From: a virus
Lineage: Duplodnaviria > Caudoviricetes
IMG/VR virus record: IMGVR_UViG_3300017754_000073
Location: 1-37,791 of that record
Strand: one strand, 5' to 3'
DNA length: 37,791 nt
Part shown: positions 7,431 to 16,601 of the stretch, one piece after another
Layout of the letters: each line of letters begins with the position of its first letter
Position numbering within the stretch: the stretch's first letter is position 1
The notes under the pieces: generated by a model
The model's input: only the letters and a program-made list of their open reading frames with translations
Databases searched by the model: none
Told to the model about the DNA's origin: nothing
Position numbers and translations under genes: made by a program

Positions 7431-9433
7431 AACTCATGACGCAGGCTGACCATATCCTTTTTGGTCAAGCCGTCCACCGACTCCTTAAACCGTCGAGCGT
7501 TCAGGCCGTGATTCTTGGCAGATTCCCGCCACTCATCGTAGTTCGCTGATACGGCCATGCCATCCATCCCATCAGCCTGTTTCTTGGCCTCGATGGCTAC
7601 CAAGCAGTTCAGTGCGATCAACTGGTTGCCGGGCAAGATCGTGCGCTTTTGGACGCTGCTCACCAGCCCCGAGATGTCCACTGTCGTGAGGTATGCCCCT
7701 TTGACTTCGTTGCCGTGCTTGTCGAGGATGGGCAGATCCACTTGGGTGATCTGGAAGTTCTTGGCCGCTGGCATTTCAGCGTCCTTCATCTTCTTGCTCT
7801 CAAACTGGATGGTCTTGGTGCCCGAATCCAATTGGCACTTGTACTCCGCATCCAATGCGCCCTTCAATGCTGTCGAACCCCTTGACCGATCCTTGTCCAT
7901 TGCTCCGCTGTGGTGGACCACCAGCACGCAGCACTTGTAGTCTTGGCGCAGATAGGTATCCAAGTGCTGGATGAACGAGTTCATGTCTTGGGTTGAGTTC
8001 TCGTCGCCGCCCATGTTCCGAGCCAGAGTGTCGATGACGATCATGGACGGAACATGCCCGCATTCGGCTGACAAAGTCTTGATGGCATCAGCCACCAACG
8101 CAGCCTCTGTCGCGTCATACAGTTGCGCTGCCCTGTGGCTCTTGAACAACGGTGCGCCGTCCAGTGTGGTGCCGTTGCCCAGTTCCCAGCCCTTAAACCT
8201 TCTTGCCAAGCCGTTGTGGCCTTCGCCGGCGATGTAAAACACCGCTCCTTGCTGAACTTGGTGGCCGTGCCAGTCTTTGCCGGTAGCAACGCAGCAGGCC
8301 AAGTCGATGCTGACGAATGACTTGCCCCCGCCTGGATCGCCGAACACCTGCGCCAGAGAGTCAGCCTCGATGTAGTCATCCACAATCCACCGAATCTCGC
8401 TCAGTGTCAGACTGTCTGCCCGAGAGAACTCAAACGCCAGCTTGTCACGCACTGGCCCTGCCACGCGCTCAATTTGTTCTTTCACGGCATCCAGTCCTTG
8501 CAGGCAGTGCAGGTCGTTCCAGTCTGTTGGCTTGTTGTCCACCATGTCCGCATCCCCAAAGCTGGGGTACACAATCTCGCCAAACACCAGCGCCGCAGCC
8601 GCACGGCCCTTGGTCACGCCAGGGTTGCCCTCGGTGAACTGGTCATTGTCTGCACCGATCACAATCTTTGCCGCAGGGAACATCTCTTTGGCCGCTTTGG
8701 CTACCTTGGCAAGGTTGCCGCAATCAAACGCCACCATGACCGTGTAGCCCGTTGCCTCATAAATTGACGCGCAAGTGGCAAACCCCTCACCCACAAACAC
8801 GATCTTGCGATTGCCTCGCAACTCAAAGAACCCGCCTTCGATCTTGCCGCCCTTCAAGAACCGTTTGTTGCCGTCCGAGTCAATGGTCTGGTACGACAAG
8901 ATCTCTCCAGCCTGATCAATGACTGGCACCACCAGCCGCCCAGCCCTGTCAATCTTGATCCCATGTGCGCTGATGTGTTTCCTCACCAAGTACGGGTGGT
9001 CGTCACTTGCGTCAGCATAGGTGCCCACCTCATCTTCTGCACGCTCTGCCGCCACTGCTTGGCTGGCCAATCTCTCTGCTTCTTTCTTGGCCTTGAGTTC
9101 TGCCACCCATTTGTCATGCTCAAATCTCTCGGTGAAAGACATGGTTCGCCCAATGTCAGCCACCCATTTGCTCTCAAAGGTAGGCTCTTTCCAGCACCCA
9201 GCGATGCCCACTGGCACTTTCCCACTGGTGTGCAAGATGTACCACCCATCTAGCGAGCCTTTCTTGGACGACACATGAGCCACGCGATGAATCTCGCCAT
9301 CAGCAATCAGGTCTTTGATCAGCAACCCATTGGCCTCACAGTGAGTGCGAAAAGCCGCTTCAGGGTTGATCAGGTCTTGGCTTTCTGTTGCAGCCGCAAA
9401 GCCATTGGGGAATATGGAAGTCAGGTTTGTCAT
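7388..9433 (-). CDS. Primase-helicase (TOPRIM primase + RepA/AAA_25-type helicase)
   Basis: TOPRIM motifs VGEGFAT, VAFDCGNL, IGADND, TDWND; Walker A GDPGGGKS; Walker B IVIDT; VHHSG...RGSTAL. Confidence 0.92.
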   Translation of the reverse strand: MTNLTSIFPNGFAAATESQDLINPEAAFRTHCEANGLLIKDLIADGEIHRVAHVSSKKGSLDGWYILHTSGKVPVGIAGCWKEPTFESKWVADIGRTMSFTERFEHDKWVAELKAKKEAERLASQAVAAERAEDEVGTYADASDDHPYLVRKHISAHGIKIDRAGRLVVPVIDQAGEILSYQTIDSDGNKRFLKGGKIEGGFFELRGNRKIVFVGEGFATCASIYEATGYTVMVAFDCGNLAKVAKAAKEMFPAAKIVIGADNDQFTEGNPGVTKGRAAAALVFGEIVYPSFGDADMVDNKPTDWNDLHCLQGLDAVKEQIERVAGPVRDKLAFEFSRADSLTLSEIRWIVDDYIEADSLAQVFGDPGGGKSFVSIDLACCVATGKDWHGHQVQQGAVFYIAGEGHNGLARRFKGWELGNGTTLDGAPLFKSHRAAQLYDATEAALVADAIKTLSAECGHVPSMIVIDTLARNMGGDENSTQDMNSFIQHLDTYLRQDYKCCVLVVHHSGAMDKDRSRGSTALKGALDAEYKCQLDSGTKTIQFESKKMKDAEMPAAKNFQITQVDLPILDKHGNEVKGAYLTTVDISGLVSSVQKRTILPGNQLIALNCLVAIEAKKQADGMDGMAVSANYDEWRESAKNHGLNARRFKESVDGLTKKDMVSLRHELYRTVPKASNSEPV

Positions 9434-10818
9434 TTGTTGATCTCTTGTTGAATTCTATGGCCGATCCAGCGCACAACTGGCACGGCCCATGAGTTGCCCA
9501 GCGCCTTATACCTTGGCCCGTCTGGTGATTCGTCTTTCTTGCGCCAAGGGATGTTGGTATACCCATCAGGAAACCCTTGCAACCTCTCACACTCCACAGG
9601 AGTCAACCGCCGAACGGCCATGTTTGGAATGGATGCCGCCAAATGCGCTGAGTAGTTGCTACCACATCTCATTGTTGGTGTGCCATCAATCACGGCATCA
9701 CCTCCGTGGTCGCAACGAGTGAAACCAACAGGCTGCGCCACCGCATGGCTGTGGCCCTTGGTAAGAGTAAACATAGCCTCGCCAGCCTCACCAATGCCGT
9801 ACCCAGTCGTTGGATCAGCATCAGCACCACGCAATGCGTTCATGCTGTTGATAGGGATTGGCTGCACTACATACGCCTTAGTGTCTGGCGCATGGTGCGA
9901 CCCACTGCAAGTATTAAGCGCAGGGGAAATAACTGGGATTAGGTGTTCATCATCACCAGACATGCCGCCTTCACCGGGTCTTCTGCATCGAAGGGTTTGC
10001 ACTGTAGATGCCGGAACAAATAGCGGACACCCAGCATTGACATGCTGATCTTCCAACCCTTGCTTGGTGCCAAAGGTGGTGTCAAGTGTGCTGCTCACTT
10101 CGGCTGGCCAGCTACGGCTTGTAGCGCTTGCTCCAGCGCTGGCGGCAATTGCTTGCCCCGTTTGTCTGCTCGGCGCAGTATCCCGGCGCACGCCGTTGAA
10201 CTCAAAAAGAACCGCTGTGGGATCGAAGTCTGCTCTAGCACTTGCGACAACGAACACACGGCGGCGTCGTTGGGCCACTCCGAAATATTGGGCGTCAAGG
10301 ACTCGCCACGCGACTGCTCTTTGGGGACCATACACACAACCTGCGTTCGTCCATTTTTCCCCTGGTGGGATGATCGGCTCATCTTCCCCGGCAAGTGCTC
10401 CAAGAAAGCAGCCGAAGGCGTTGTCTTTTGTGGAAAGGACTCCGGGGACGTTTTCCCAGAAGATGATTCCCGGAGCATCTCGTCGAACAGATCGAACATG
10501 GTCAATTGCATTGGCGATACCTACGAAAGTGAGTGAGAGGTTTCCCCTTGCGTCATCAAGGGAGTTGCGCAAGCCAGCCACAGAGAAGGCTTGGCATGGA
10601 GTGCCACCACAGAACAGGTCTGGGGCTTCAACCTCACCAGACAGGATGCGCTCTGGCAATGTGGTCATGTCGCCCAAGTTTGGGACATCAGGGTAATGGT
10701 GAGCCAGCACCGCAGATGGGAATGGCTCAATCTCTGACAGCCATGCGGCCTTCCAGCCAAGTGGATGCCAAGCGACAGATGCGGCCTCAATGCCGGAGCA
10801 GACAGAACCGAATCTCAC
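9430..10818 (-). CDS. C5 cytosine DNA methyltransferase
   Basis: Motif I SVCSGIEA, IV GGTPCQAFS, VI WENVPG, VIII QRRRRVF, IX RRLTPVECERLQGFP, X ALGNSWAVP. Confidence 0.95.
   Translation of the reverse strand: MRFGSVCSGIEAASVAWHPLGWKAAWLSEIEPFPSAVLAHHYPDVPNLGDMTTLPERILSGEVEAPDLFCGGTPCQAFSVAGLRNSLDDARGNLSLTFVGIANAIDHVRSVRRDAPGIIFWENVPGVLSTKDNAFGCFLGALAGEDEPIIPPGEKWTNAGCVYGPQRAVAWRVLDAQYFGVAQRRRRVFVVASARADFDPTAVLFEFNGVRRDTAPSRQTGQAIAASAGASATSRSWPAEVSSTLDTTFGTKQGLEDQHVNAGCPLFVPASTVQTLRCRRPGEGGMSGDDEHLIPVISPALNTCSGSHHAPDTKAYVVQPIPINSMNALRGADADPTTGYGIGEAGEAMFTLTKGHSHAVAQPVGFTRCDHGGDAVIDGTPTMRCGSNYSAHLAASIPNMAVRRLTPVECERLQGFPDGYTNIPWRKKDESPDGPRYKALGNSWAVPVVRWIGHRIQQEINK
10095..10511 (-). CDS. Nested alternative-frame ORF, resembling the M.EcoHK31I beta polypeptide
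   Basis: Same strand, different frame, wholly within the MTase gene; C-terminal SLSQVLE...PQRFFLSSTACAGILRRADKRGKQLPPALEQAL recalled as typical of such beta polypeptides. Start codon uncertain. Confidence 0.65.
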   Translation of the reverse strand: MQLTMFDLFDEMLRESSSGKTSPESFPQKTTPSAAFLEHLPGKMSRSSHQGKNGRTQVVCMVPKEQSRGESLTPNISEWPNDAAVCSLSQVLEQTSIPQRFFLSSTACAGILRRADKRGKQLPPALEQALQAVAGQPK

Positions 10819-11030
10819 GCTTGCTCCACCAACTCAGGCCAAATGCCCTGCCATGTGTCCTGGCAAACCATCTTGCGAGTCACCCGCCCACCCGTTTCCT
10901 GCTCTACCCGCACAGCCTCAGAGGCCGACATTTCCCTGCGCCCAGTCAGGCACTGGTACAGGTACTGCTCATTGATGCCAACTTTTTCTGCCAGTTGTCG
11001 GCGCTCGTCTGGTGTGATTTGTGTGTTCAT
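10815..11030 (-). CDS. Cro/YdaS-like HTH regulator
   Basis: RRQLAEKVGINEQYLYQCLTGRR HTH followed by AVRVEQETGGRVT; first gene of the leftward arm. Confidence 0.85.
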   Translation of the reverse strand: MNTQITPDERRQLAEKVGINEQYLYQCLTGRREMSASEAVRVEQETGGRVTRKMVCQDTWQGIWPELVEQA

Positions 11031-11039
11031 AGGCTGACG

Positions 11040-11058
11040 AGTCTAGCAGATTGCTTGA
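11040..11058 (-). promoter_or_regulatory. Leftward extended -10 promoter with overlapping operator (11042-11058)
   Basis: Minus strand TGCTAGACT 9 nt upstream of the cro-like ATG; operator TCTAGCAGATTGCTTGA. Confidence 0.55.
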
Positions 11059-11095
11059 ACAACACCGCATTAGGGAAACCACCTACGATTTATTT

Positions 11096-11136
11096 TCTAG
11101 CAGGGGGCTTGACAAGATCTAGCAATACGCTAGAAT
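11096..11136 (+). promoter_or_regulatory. Rightward sigma70 promoter with two operators
   Basis: TTGACA 11109-11114, 16-nt spacer, TAGAAT 11131-11136; operators TCTAGCAGGGGGCTTGA 11096-11112 and TCTAGCAATACGCTAGA 11118-11134. Confidence 0.8.
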
Positions 11137-11196
11137 TCATCACATGGCAGGGAAATAGTTCACTGACCATCACGCCGAAAGGCCAAAGGAAACGAA

Positions 11197-11580
11197 ATGA
11201 CAAACACAGTTTACACAGCTTACGTAGCATCTGATCTTTTCAACGCAGGTTACGGTTGCGATGGTCATCCATTTATTGCTGATCAGTATTACGTGGTGAT
11301 TGAGAACGCAGCTGGTCGCCGCTTTCGTCACGTTGCAACTTTTAACGGCACTGAGCAAGTTATTTGCGAAGAAACTGGCGATGCTTGCTTTCCTGATTTG
11401 CGCAAAGAAGCATCCGCTAAGGCCGAGCGTTTGGCTGCTCGTGTTAACGCAGCATTTGCCGCTGGTAAAGATGTGGATTGGACATATTGGGGCGAAGTTG
11501 ATCCAGCTTACGGCTCTGATGAGTTTATTTCTCAAGGCACAGAAGCGCAGCGTGCATTTGCTGAGAAAGCTACAGCCTAA
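11197..11580 (+). CDS. Hypothetical early protein (127 aa)
   Basis: AAGGAA RBS; first gene after the rightward promoter; codons rich in GCT/GGT/CGT. Confidence 0.8.
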   Translation: MTNTVYTAYVASDLFNAGYGCDGHPFIADQYYVVIENAAGRRFRHVATFNGTEQVICEETGDACFPDLRKEASAKAERLAARVNAAFAAGKDVDWTYWGEVDPAYGSDEFISQGTEAQRAFAEKATA

Positions 11581-11622
11581 TCACCAACCGGGGCCACGGC
11601 CCCCTACCATTGAAAGCAAACC

Positions 11623-11718
11623 ATGAAACAGCACATCGAAACTCTCCTCGACTACCTCACCGCTCTTGCCATTGGCGTTGGTCTCGCAGCCCTCTTGGTT
11701 GCATGGTGGTCATCATGA
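11623..11718 (+). CDS. Small membrane peptide (31 aa)
   Basis: MKQHIETLLDYLTALAIGVGLAALLVAWWSS; one hydrophobic helix; ATGA overlap with the next gene. Confidence 0.65.
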   Translation: MKQHIETLLDYLTALAIGVGLAALLVAWWSS

Positions 11719-12089
11719 TGGACGACAGCACCATCATCCGTCTGGCCCAGCAAGCCGCCAAAGACGAGTTGGCCGTGGCCGTGTTCACTGTCAACGAACT
11801 GGCCCGCTTCGCTGACCTGTGCTTTGAAGCACAAACCAGAGCACCGCACGCCCCCCGTGGTGTCATGGTTTACGAGTACACCGCAGGCGATGTCGATCTG
11901 GTCTGCCACTTGGAGTACGAGGCAGAAGAACGTGGCTCATCTGTTGAGCCTCCCCACATCGAAAGTATCACCCTCGAAAGCGCCTACCACTTGGGCCAGA
12001 ACATTGCGCATCTGTTGTGCGACAGCGTGATTGAGGAAATTGAAGAAGCCGCATTGGCACAAATACAGGAGAACTTTGATGATTGCTGA
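11715..12089 (+). CDS. Hypothetical protein
   Basis: MMDDSTIIRLAQQA...ELARFADL...; start reassigned to the ATGA overlap. Confidence 0.7.
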   Translation: MMDDSTIIRLAQQAAKDELAVAVFTVNELARFADLCFEAQTRAPHAPRGVMVYEYTAGDVDLVCHLEYEAEERGSSVEPPHIESITLESAYHLGQNIAHLLCDSVIEEIEEAALAQIQENFDDC

Positions 12090-12444
12090 ACTGACCGCCG
12101 ACCTTCGCCAAGCCAAGCTGGCTGAAGCTGCCGCCAAGGCCGAGCGCCTGCGTCTTGAAGAACTGATTGAAAAGCAGTTCACCAAGCCTGATGGCGGTGA
12201 AGGCACACACACTGACGAAGAAGTCAAGATTACTTGGAAGATCAACCGCACGGTTGACACGGCCAAAGTGCAAGCCAACTGGGACACGCTGGGCAAGAAC
12301 GCTCAGAGCGCATTCCGCTGGAAGGCCGAGGTGGACCTGACTCACCTGCGTGCCCTGAAGGATCTGGACTCTGCTGCTTACGCACAAGCTGCCGAGTACA
12401 TCACGAGCAAACCTGCAAAACCCACCATTGAACTGAAAGACTGA
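12079..12444 (+). CDS. Hypothetical protein of the recombination module (121 aa)
   Basis: AGGAG RBS before ATG 12079; ends in ITSKPAKPTIELK, a type I recall preceding Sak4-like genes. Confidence 0.8.
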   Translation: MIAELTADLRQAKLAEAAAKAERLRLEELIEKQFTKPDGGEGTHTDEEVKITWKINRTVDTAKVQANWDTLGKNAQSAFRWKAEVDLTHLRALKDLDSAAYAQAAEYITSKPAKPTIELKD

Positions 12445-12445
12445 T

Positions 12446-13189
12446 ATGTTTGATTTGAAATCCATCTCCAAGACACGCCGAGTGCGTGCCCCCAAAATTG
12501 TTGTTGTTGGTCAAGGCAAGATCGGCAAGACCACCTTCGCCGCGATGGCCCCCAAGGCCATTGGCATCTTGACCGAAGACGGTGCCGATGCCGTGGACGC
12601 CAACGCATTTCCGCTGGCAACCAGTCTGGCCGATGTTTACTCTGCCGTGGCAACCCTGATCAATCAGGACCATGACTTTCAGACCTTGTTCATTGACTCG
12701 CTCGATTGGCTTGAGCCACTGGTGCAAGACCATGTGTGCAAGGCCAACAACTGGAAGAACATTGAGCAACCAGGTTTTGGCAAGGGCTACGTGGCCGCTG
12801 CCGAAGAGTGGCGCAACCTGTTGTCTGGCCTTGAAGTGCTCCGCGCTGACAAGGGCATGGGCATCATCTTGATTGCACACGACAAGATCAAGCGCATTGA
12901 AGATCCGCTGACCGAAGGCTTTGACAGCCATGTGCTCAAGCTGCACGACCGCGCTGGTGCTTTGGTCCAAGAATGGGCCGATGTAATTGGCTACGCAGGC
13001 TACCGCATCTTTACCAGCAAGACAGACGCTGGCTTTGGCAACAAAGAAACCAAGGCCACCACCACGGGTGAGCGCATCTTGCACGTTGAACCTCACCCGG
13101 CTCATTGCGGTGGCAACCGCTTTGGCCTGTCCAATATGCCGCTTGACTGGACGGCATTCCAAGCTGCACTTACCCAAGCGCAGTCTTGA
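12446..13189 (+). CDS. Sak4-like/AAA_24 ATPase (ssDNA annealing)
   Basis: Walker A GQGKIGKT, Walker B LFIDSLDWLE, GFGKGY, ILIAH, EWADVIG. Confidence 0.88.
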   Translation: MFDLKSISKTRRVRAPKIVVVGQGKIGKTTFAAMAPKAIGILTEDGADAVDANAFPLATSLADVYSAVATLINQDHDFQTLFIDSLDWLEPLVQDHVCKANNWKNIEQPGFGKGYVAAAEEWRNLLSGLEVLRADKGMGIILIAHDKIKRIEDPLTEGFDSHVLKLHDRAGALVQEWADVIGYAGYRIFTSKTDAGFGNKETKATTTGERILHVEPHPAHCGGNRFGLSNMPLDWTAFQAALTQAQS

Positions 13190-13223
13190 TCCCCAGTTCG
13201 TAACTTAACTTTGAAAGAAAACA

Positions 13224-13706
13224 ATGGCTCACTTTAACTTTGACGCTTCGCAAGTCGCACCCCAAGCATCCAACGGCCCTGTGCCTGCTGGCACCTACCT
13301 CGCACACATCACCGAGTCTGATGTTCAGCCGCTGAAGTCCGGCAAGGGCACTGGCCTCAAGCTGACCTTTGAGATCATCGACGGCCCCCACAAGGGTCGC
13401 CGTGTGTGGGAGAACCTGAACATCCAGCACGAGAACGAAGACACCCAGCGCATTGCCCAGTCGCAACTGTCTGCGCTGTGCCACGCCGTGAACGTGATCA
13501 AGCTGCAAGACACTGCCGCACTGCACCTCAAACCCGTCACCATTAAGGTGGTGGTGCGTGAGGCGCAGGGCCAGTACCAGGCCAGCAACAACATCAAGGG
13601 CTATGAGTCTGCCGGCGGTGTTCGCCCACCAGCGCCAGCCTTTGTGGCGCAGGCCGAGGAAGCGCAAGCTGCCAAGTCCAGTGCTCCAGCATGGGCTAAG
13701 AAGTAA
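13224..13706 (+). CDS. DUF669-family putative ssDNA-binding protein
   Basis: PVPAGTY...LKLTFEIIDGPHKGRRVWENLN; C-terminal PAWAKK; follows the Sak4-like gene. Confidence 0.85.
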   Translation: MAHFNFDASQVAPQASNGPVPAGTYLAHITESDVQPLKSGKGTGLKLTFEIIDGPHKGRRVWENLNIQHENEDTQRIAQSQLSALCHAVNVIKLQDTAALHLKPVTIKVVVREAQGQYQASNNIKGYESAGGVRPPAPAFVAQAEEAQAAKSSAPAWAKK

Positions 13707-13709
13707 GAC

Positions 13710-14792
13710 ATGGCCGCAGTCCCACAATCTGTTGTGGACCCTGTGGCCTACGCCATCTTTGCCCATTACAAGGCAAAGTTTGGCGCAGATCCACAGCGCC
13801 CTTACCTTGGTGCCAGTGCGATTGGCAAGCCTTGCTTGCGCCAGCACTGGTACAGCTTTCGGTGGTCCAAGCCCGCCGAATTCTCTGGCCGCTTGTACCG
13901 GGTGTTTCAGTCTGGACACTTGCAAGAGCCACGCATCTACAACGACCTGCGTGCCATTGGCTGCACGGTGTACGACATCGACCCGTCAACGGGCAAGCAG
14001 TGGACATTTGTGGAGCCGAGCAGTGGCAATCACTTCAAGGGCAACGCTGATGGCATCGTGACCGGCCTGCCGCAGGCACCGAAGTCGCCGCATGTGCTGG
14101 AGATCAAGACCGCATCTGCCAAGATGTTTGCAGACATGCAAAAGTCTGGAGTCAAGAAGGCCAAGCCCGAACACTACGCGCAGATGCTGATGTACATGAA
14201 GTGGAGCATTGACACCTACGGTGAAAACGGCTGCACCCGCGCCATCTACATTGTGGTCAACAAGGACAACGACGACATCTACACCGAGCGCCTTGAGTAC
14301 GACAAGGACGAGGCGCAGGCCATCATTGACAAAGCCTTGGCGGTGATCACCTCGACCGAGCCGCCGGTGGGCATCAGTCAAGACCCGTCTTGGTACGAGT
14401 GCAAGTTCTGCGACTACCACAGCATCTGCCACGGCACCGATGTGCCGGCCATGACTTGCCGGTCATGCGCCCACGCCACGCCAGAGATGGACGGTGATGC
14501 ACGCTGGTCCTGCACTGCGCATCAAAACGACATCCCAGTGTCAACCCAACGCACCGGCTGCGGCCAGCACAGATACATCCCAATCTTGCTGTCCAAGTTT
14601 GCCACGCCGGTGGACATGGCCGATGGTGGTGTGGTGTACGAGATGGACGGCAAGCAGTTTGTCAATGGCACACCAGAGACAAACATGGACCACATCAGCA
14701 GTGCTGAGATCCACGCTTGCAAGGACAAGATCATGTTGATTGACCAGCAGGCGCTTGAACTTCGCAAACAACACAACGGGAGATTTGTATGA
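13710..14792 (+). CDS. Cas4-like PD-(D/E)XK exonuclease
   Basis: RPYLGASAIGKPC, GNADG, LEIKT, HYAQMLMYM, ECKFCDYHSIC, plus extra Cys cluster TCRSCAH. Confidence 0.88.
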   Translation: MAAVPQSVVDPVAYAIFAHYKAKFGADPQRPYLGASAIGKPCLRQHWYSFRWSKPAEFSGRLYRVFQSGHLQEPRIYNDLRAIGCTVYDIDPSTGKQWTFVEPSSGNHFKGNADGIVTGLPQAPKSPHVLEIKTASAKMFADMQKSGVKKAKPEHYAQMLMYMKWSIDTYGENGCTRAIYIVVNKDNDDIYTERLEYDKDEAQAIIDKALAVITSTEPPVGISQDPSWYECKFCDYHSICHGTDVPAMTCRSCAHATPEMDGDARWSCTAHQNDIPVSTQRTGCGQHRYIPILLSKFATPVDMADGGVVYEMDGKQFVNGTPETNMDHISSAEIHACKDKIMLIDQQALELRKQHNGRFV

Positions 14793-14956
14793 ACACGCCC
14801 CCACCGATCCAAGACATCACCTTGCGTGATTACTTTGCAGCCGCTGCGTTGCAGGGAAAGCTGTCAGCAGGCGCAACCGAGCCAAGGACACTTGTGGCCT
14901 GGGCTTACCGTTATGCCGATGCCATGCTCAAGGAGCGCCAAAATGATCCTGCGTGA
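14789..14956 (+). CDS. Small phage protein (LRDYFAA...AYxxADAML type, 55 aa)
   Basis: Below ORF-track cutoff: MNTPPPIQDITLRDYFAAAALQGKLSAGATEPRTLVAWAYRYADAMLKERQNDPA. Confidence 0.8.
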   Translation: MNTPPPIQDITLRDYFAAAALQGKLSAGATEPRTLVAWAYRYADAMLKERQNDPA

Positions 14957-16601
14957 CTACCAGTCGCGCTCGGTCGCCGATCTGTTTGCTTGGTGGACAC
15001 AGCACCAGAGCAATGACGACATCCCCTTGCTGGTGCTACCCACTGGCTCGGGGAAGTCGGTGATCTGCGCCGAGATTGTGCGCCAGATGTGGGACCAGTG
15101 GCCTGAGTACCGGCCACGCACTGTGGTGCTGGTGCCCAGCAAGGAGTTGGCCGAGCAGAACGCTGCCAAGTTGCAGTCGCTGTTGCCCGACAACATCCAT
15201 GTGGGCTTTGTGAGCGCCAGCCTTGGCAAGAAGCAGCACAACGCCGATGTAATCGTGGCGACCATTGGTAGCATCCACAAGTCAGCGCACCTGCTGGGTG
15301 ACATCAAGGTGGTCATCATTGACGAGGCCCACCTCGTGAGCACCAAGGCGTCTGACGCCGGCATGTACCGCACGTTCTTGTCCAAGCTGGCCGAAATCTG
15401 CCAGTTCCGCACGGTAGGCATGACCGCCACGCCTTTCCGTGGCAACCAGGTTTGGTTGACCGATGGCGAAGATCCGCTGTTCACTGGCATTGCGTCCAAC
15501 GTCACCATGCGTGAGTTGCTGGACCAGAAGTTCTTGTCACCACTGGTGCCTCCAGAGGTGCAGATGGTGACCAAGATTGACGCCAGCAACGTGGGCATCT
15601 CCAACGGTGACTACAAGGTCGGCGAGTTGTCCGATCTGGTGGACAGCTACCTTCTGCAAGTGGCCCAAGAGGCGGTGGTGTTTGCCCAGCATCGCCGCAA
15701 ATGGATTGCCTTCACGCCCAGCGTTGCCAACGCTGACAGTCTGGTGGACAAGTTGAACGAGCGAGGCGTTGTCAGCGCCGTGGTGTGTGGCGAGACACCA
15801 GCGCAAGAACGTGAAGACCTGATCCGCGACTTCAAGCAGGGCGAGATCCGTTGCCTGGTGACTGTGCTGGCGCTGTCCACTGGCTTTGATGTGCCTGACG
15901 TTGACTGCATCATCTGGTGCCGGCCAACCAAGTCGCCAGTGCTGTATGTGCAGGGCATGGGCCGAGGCACACGCATTGCAGACGGCAAGGATGACTGCTT
16001 GGTGCTGGACTTCACCGACACCGTTGAGCGCCTTGGGCCGGTGGACATCATCAAGGGCAAGAGCAAAACCAAACGCGCTGGTGACCAGTCTGCGCCGTTC
16101 TGCATCTGCCCTGAGTGCGGTGAGCGCAACGCGCCGGCAGCACTGATCTGCACTGCTTGTGGTGCCACGATCAAGGAGCCAGAAGTCGCCAAGCCAATCG
16201 ACGCCAAGCTGTCGTATGCCGCACTGCTGTCAGCCCAGATGCAGGCCGTGAACACTTGGCACGATGTCACAAGGATTGACTACAAGATGCACAGCAAGCC
16301 TGGCAAGCCCAACAGCATGAGAGTGGATTACTACGATGGCCTGCTGTGCATTGCCAGCGAATGGGTGTGCTTTGAGCACACTGGTTACGCCAGACAGAAA
16401 GCTGAAAATTGGTGGAGGCGCAGAGAATACACAACCATTCCATTCACTACGCAAGAAGCAATTCATTGGGCAAATTTATTGCGTGAACCCACCCGCATTG
16501 CAACCCGCAAGAACGGCAAATACACCGAGGTAAAAGAATATGAATTTGGTCGAACTGAACGCCATCAAGACGCACTTGAAGAAGCAACTCAAGGACATTG
16601 A
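14943..16601 (+). CDS. SF2 helicase (RadD/YejH-like) with zinc finger
   Basis: LRDYQ Q-motif, LPTGSGKS, DEAH, GMTATP, QGMGRGTR, CPECG...CTACG. Start set at ATG 14943 after AAGGAG. Confidence 0.93.
   Translation: MILRDYQSRSVADLFAWWTQHQSNDDIPLLVLPTGSGKSVICAEIVRQMWDQWPEYRPRTVVLVPSKELAEQNAAKLQSLLPDNIHVGFVSASLGKKQHNADVIVATIGSIHKSAHLLGDIKVVIIDEAHLVSTKASDAGMYRTFLSKLAEICQFRTVGMTATPFRGNQVWLTDGEDPLFTGIASNVTMRELLDQKFLSPLVPPEVQMVTKIDASNVGISNGDYKVGELSDLVDSYLLQVAQEAVVFAQHRRKWIAFTPSVANADSLVDKLNERGVVSAVVCGETPAQEREDLIRDFKQGEIRCLVTVLALSTGFDVPDVDCIIWCRPTKSPVLYVQGMGRGTRIADGKDDCLVLDFTDTVERLGPVDIIKGKSKTKRAGDQSAPFCICPECGERNAPAALICTACGATIKEPEVAKPIDAKLSYAALLSAQMQAVNTWHDVTRIDYKMHSKPGKPNSMRVDYYDGLLCIASEWVCFEHTGYARQKAENWWRRREYTTIPFTTQEAIHWANLLREPTRIATRKNGKYTEVKEYEFGRTERHQDALEEATQGH

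Noticed and set aside
11590-11603. GGGGCC-AC-GGCCCC hairpin as a terminator
   Set aside because: No U-tract follows; at most a pause or stability hairpin.
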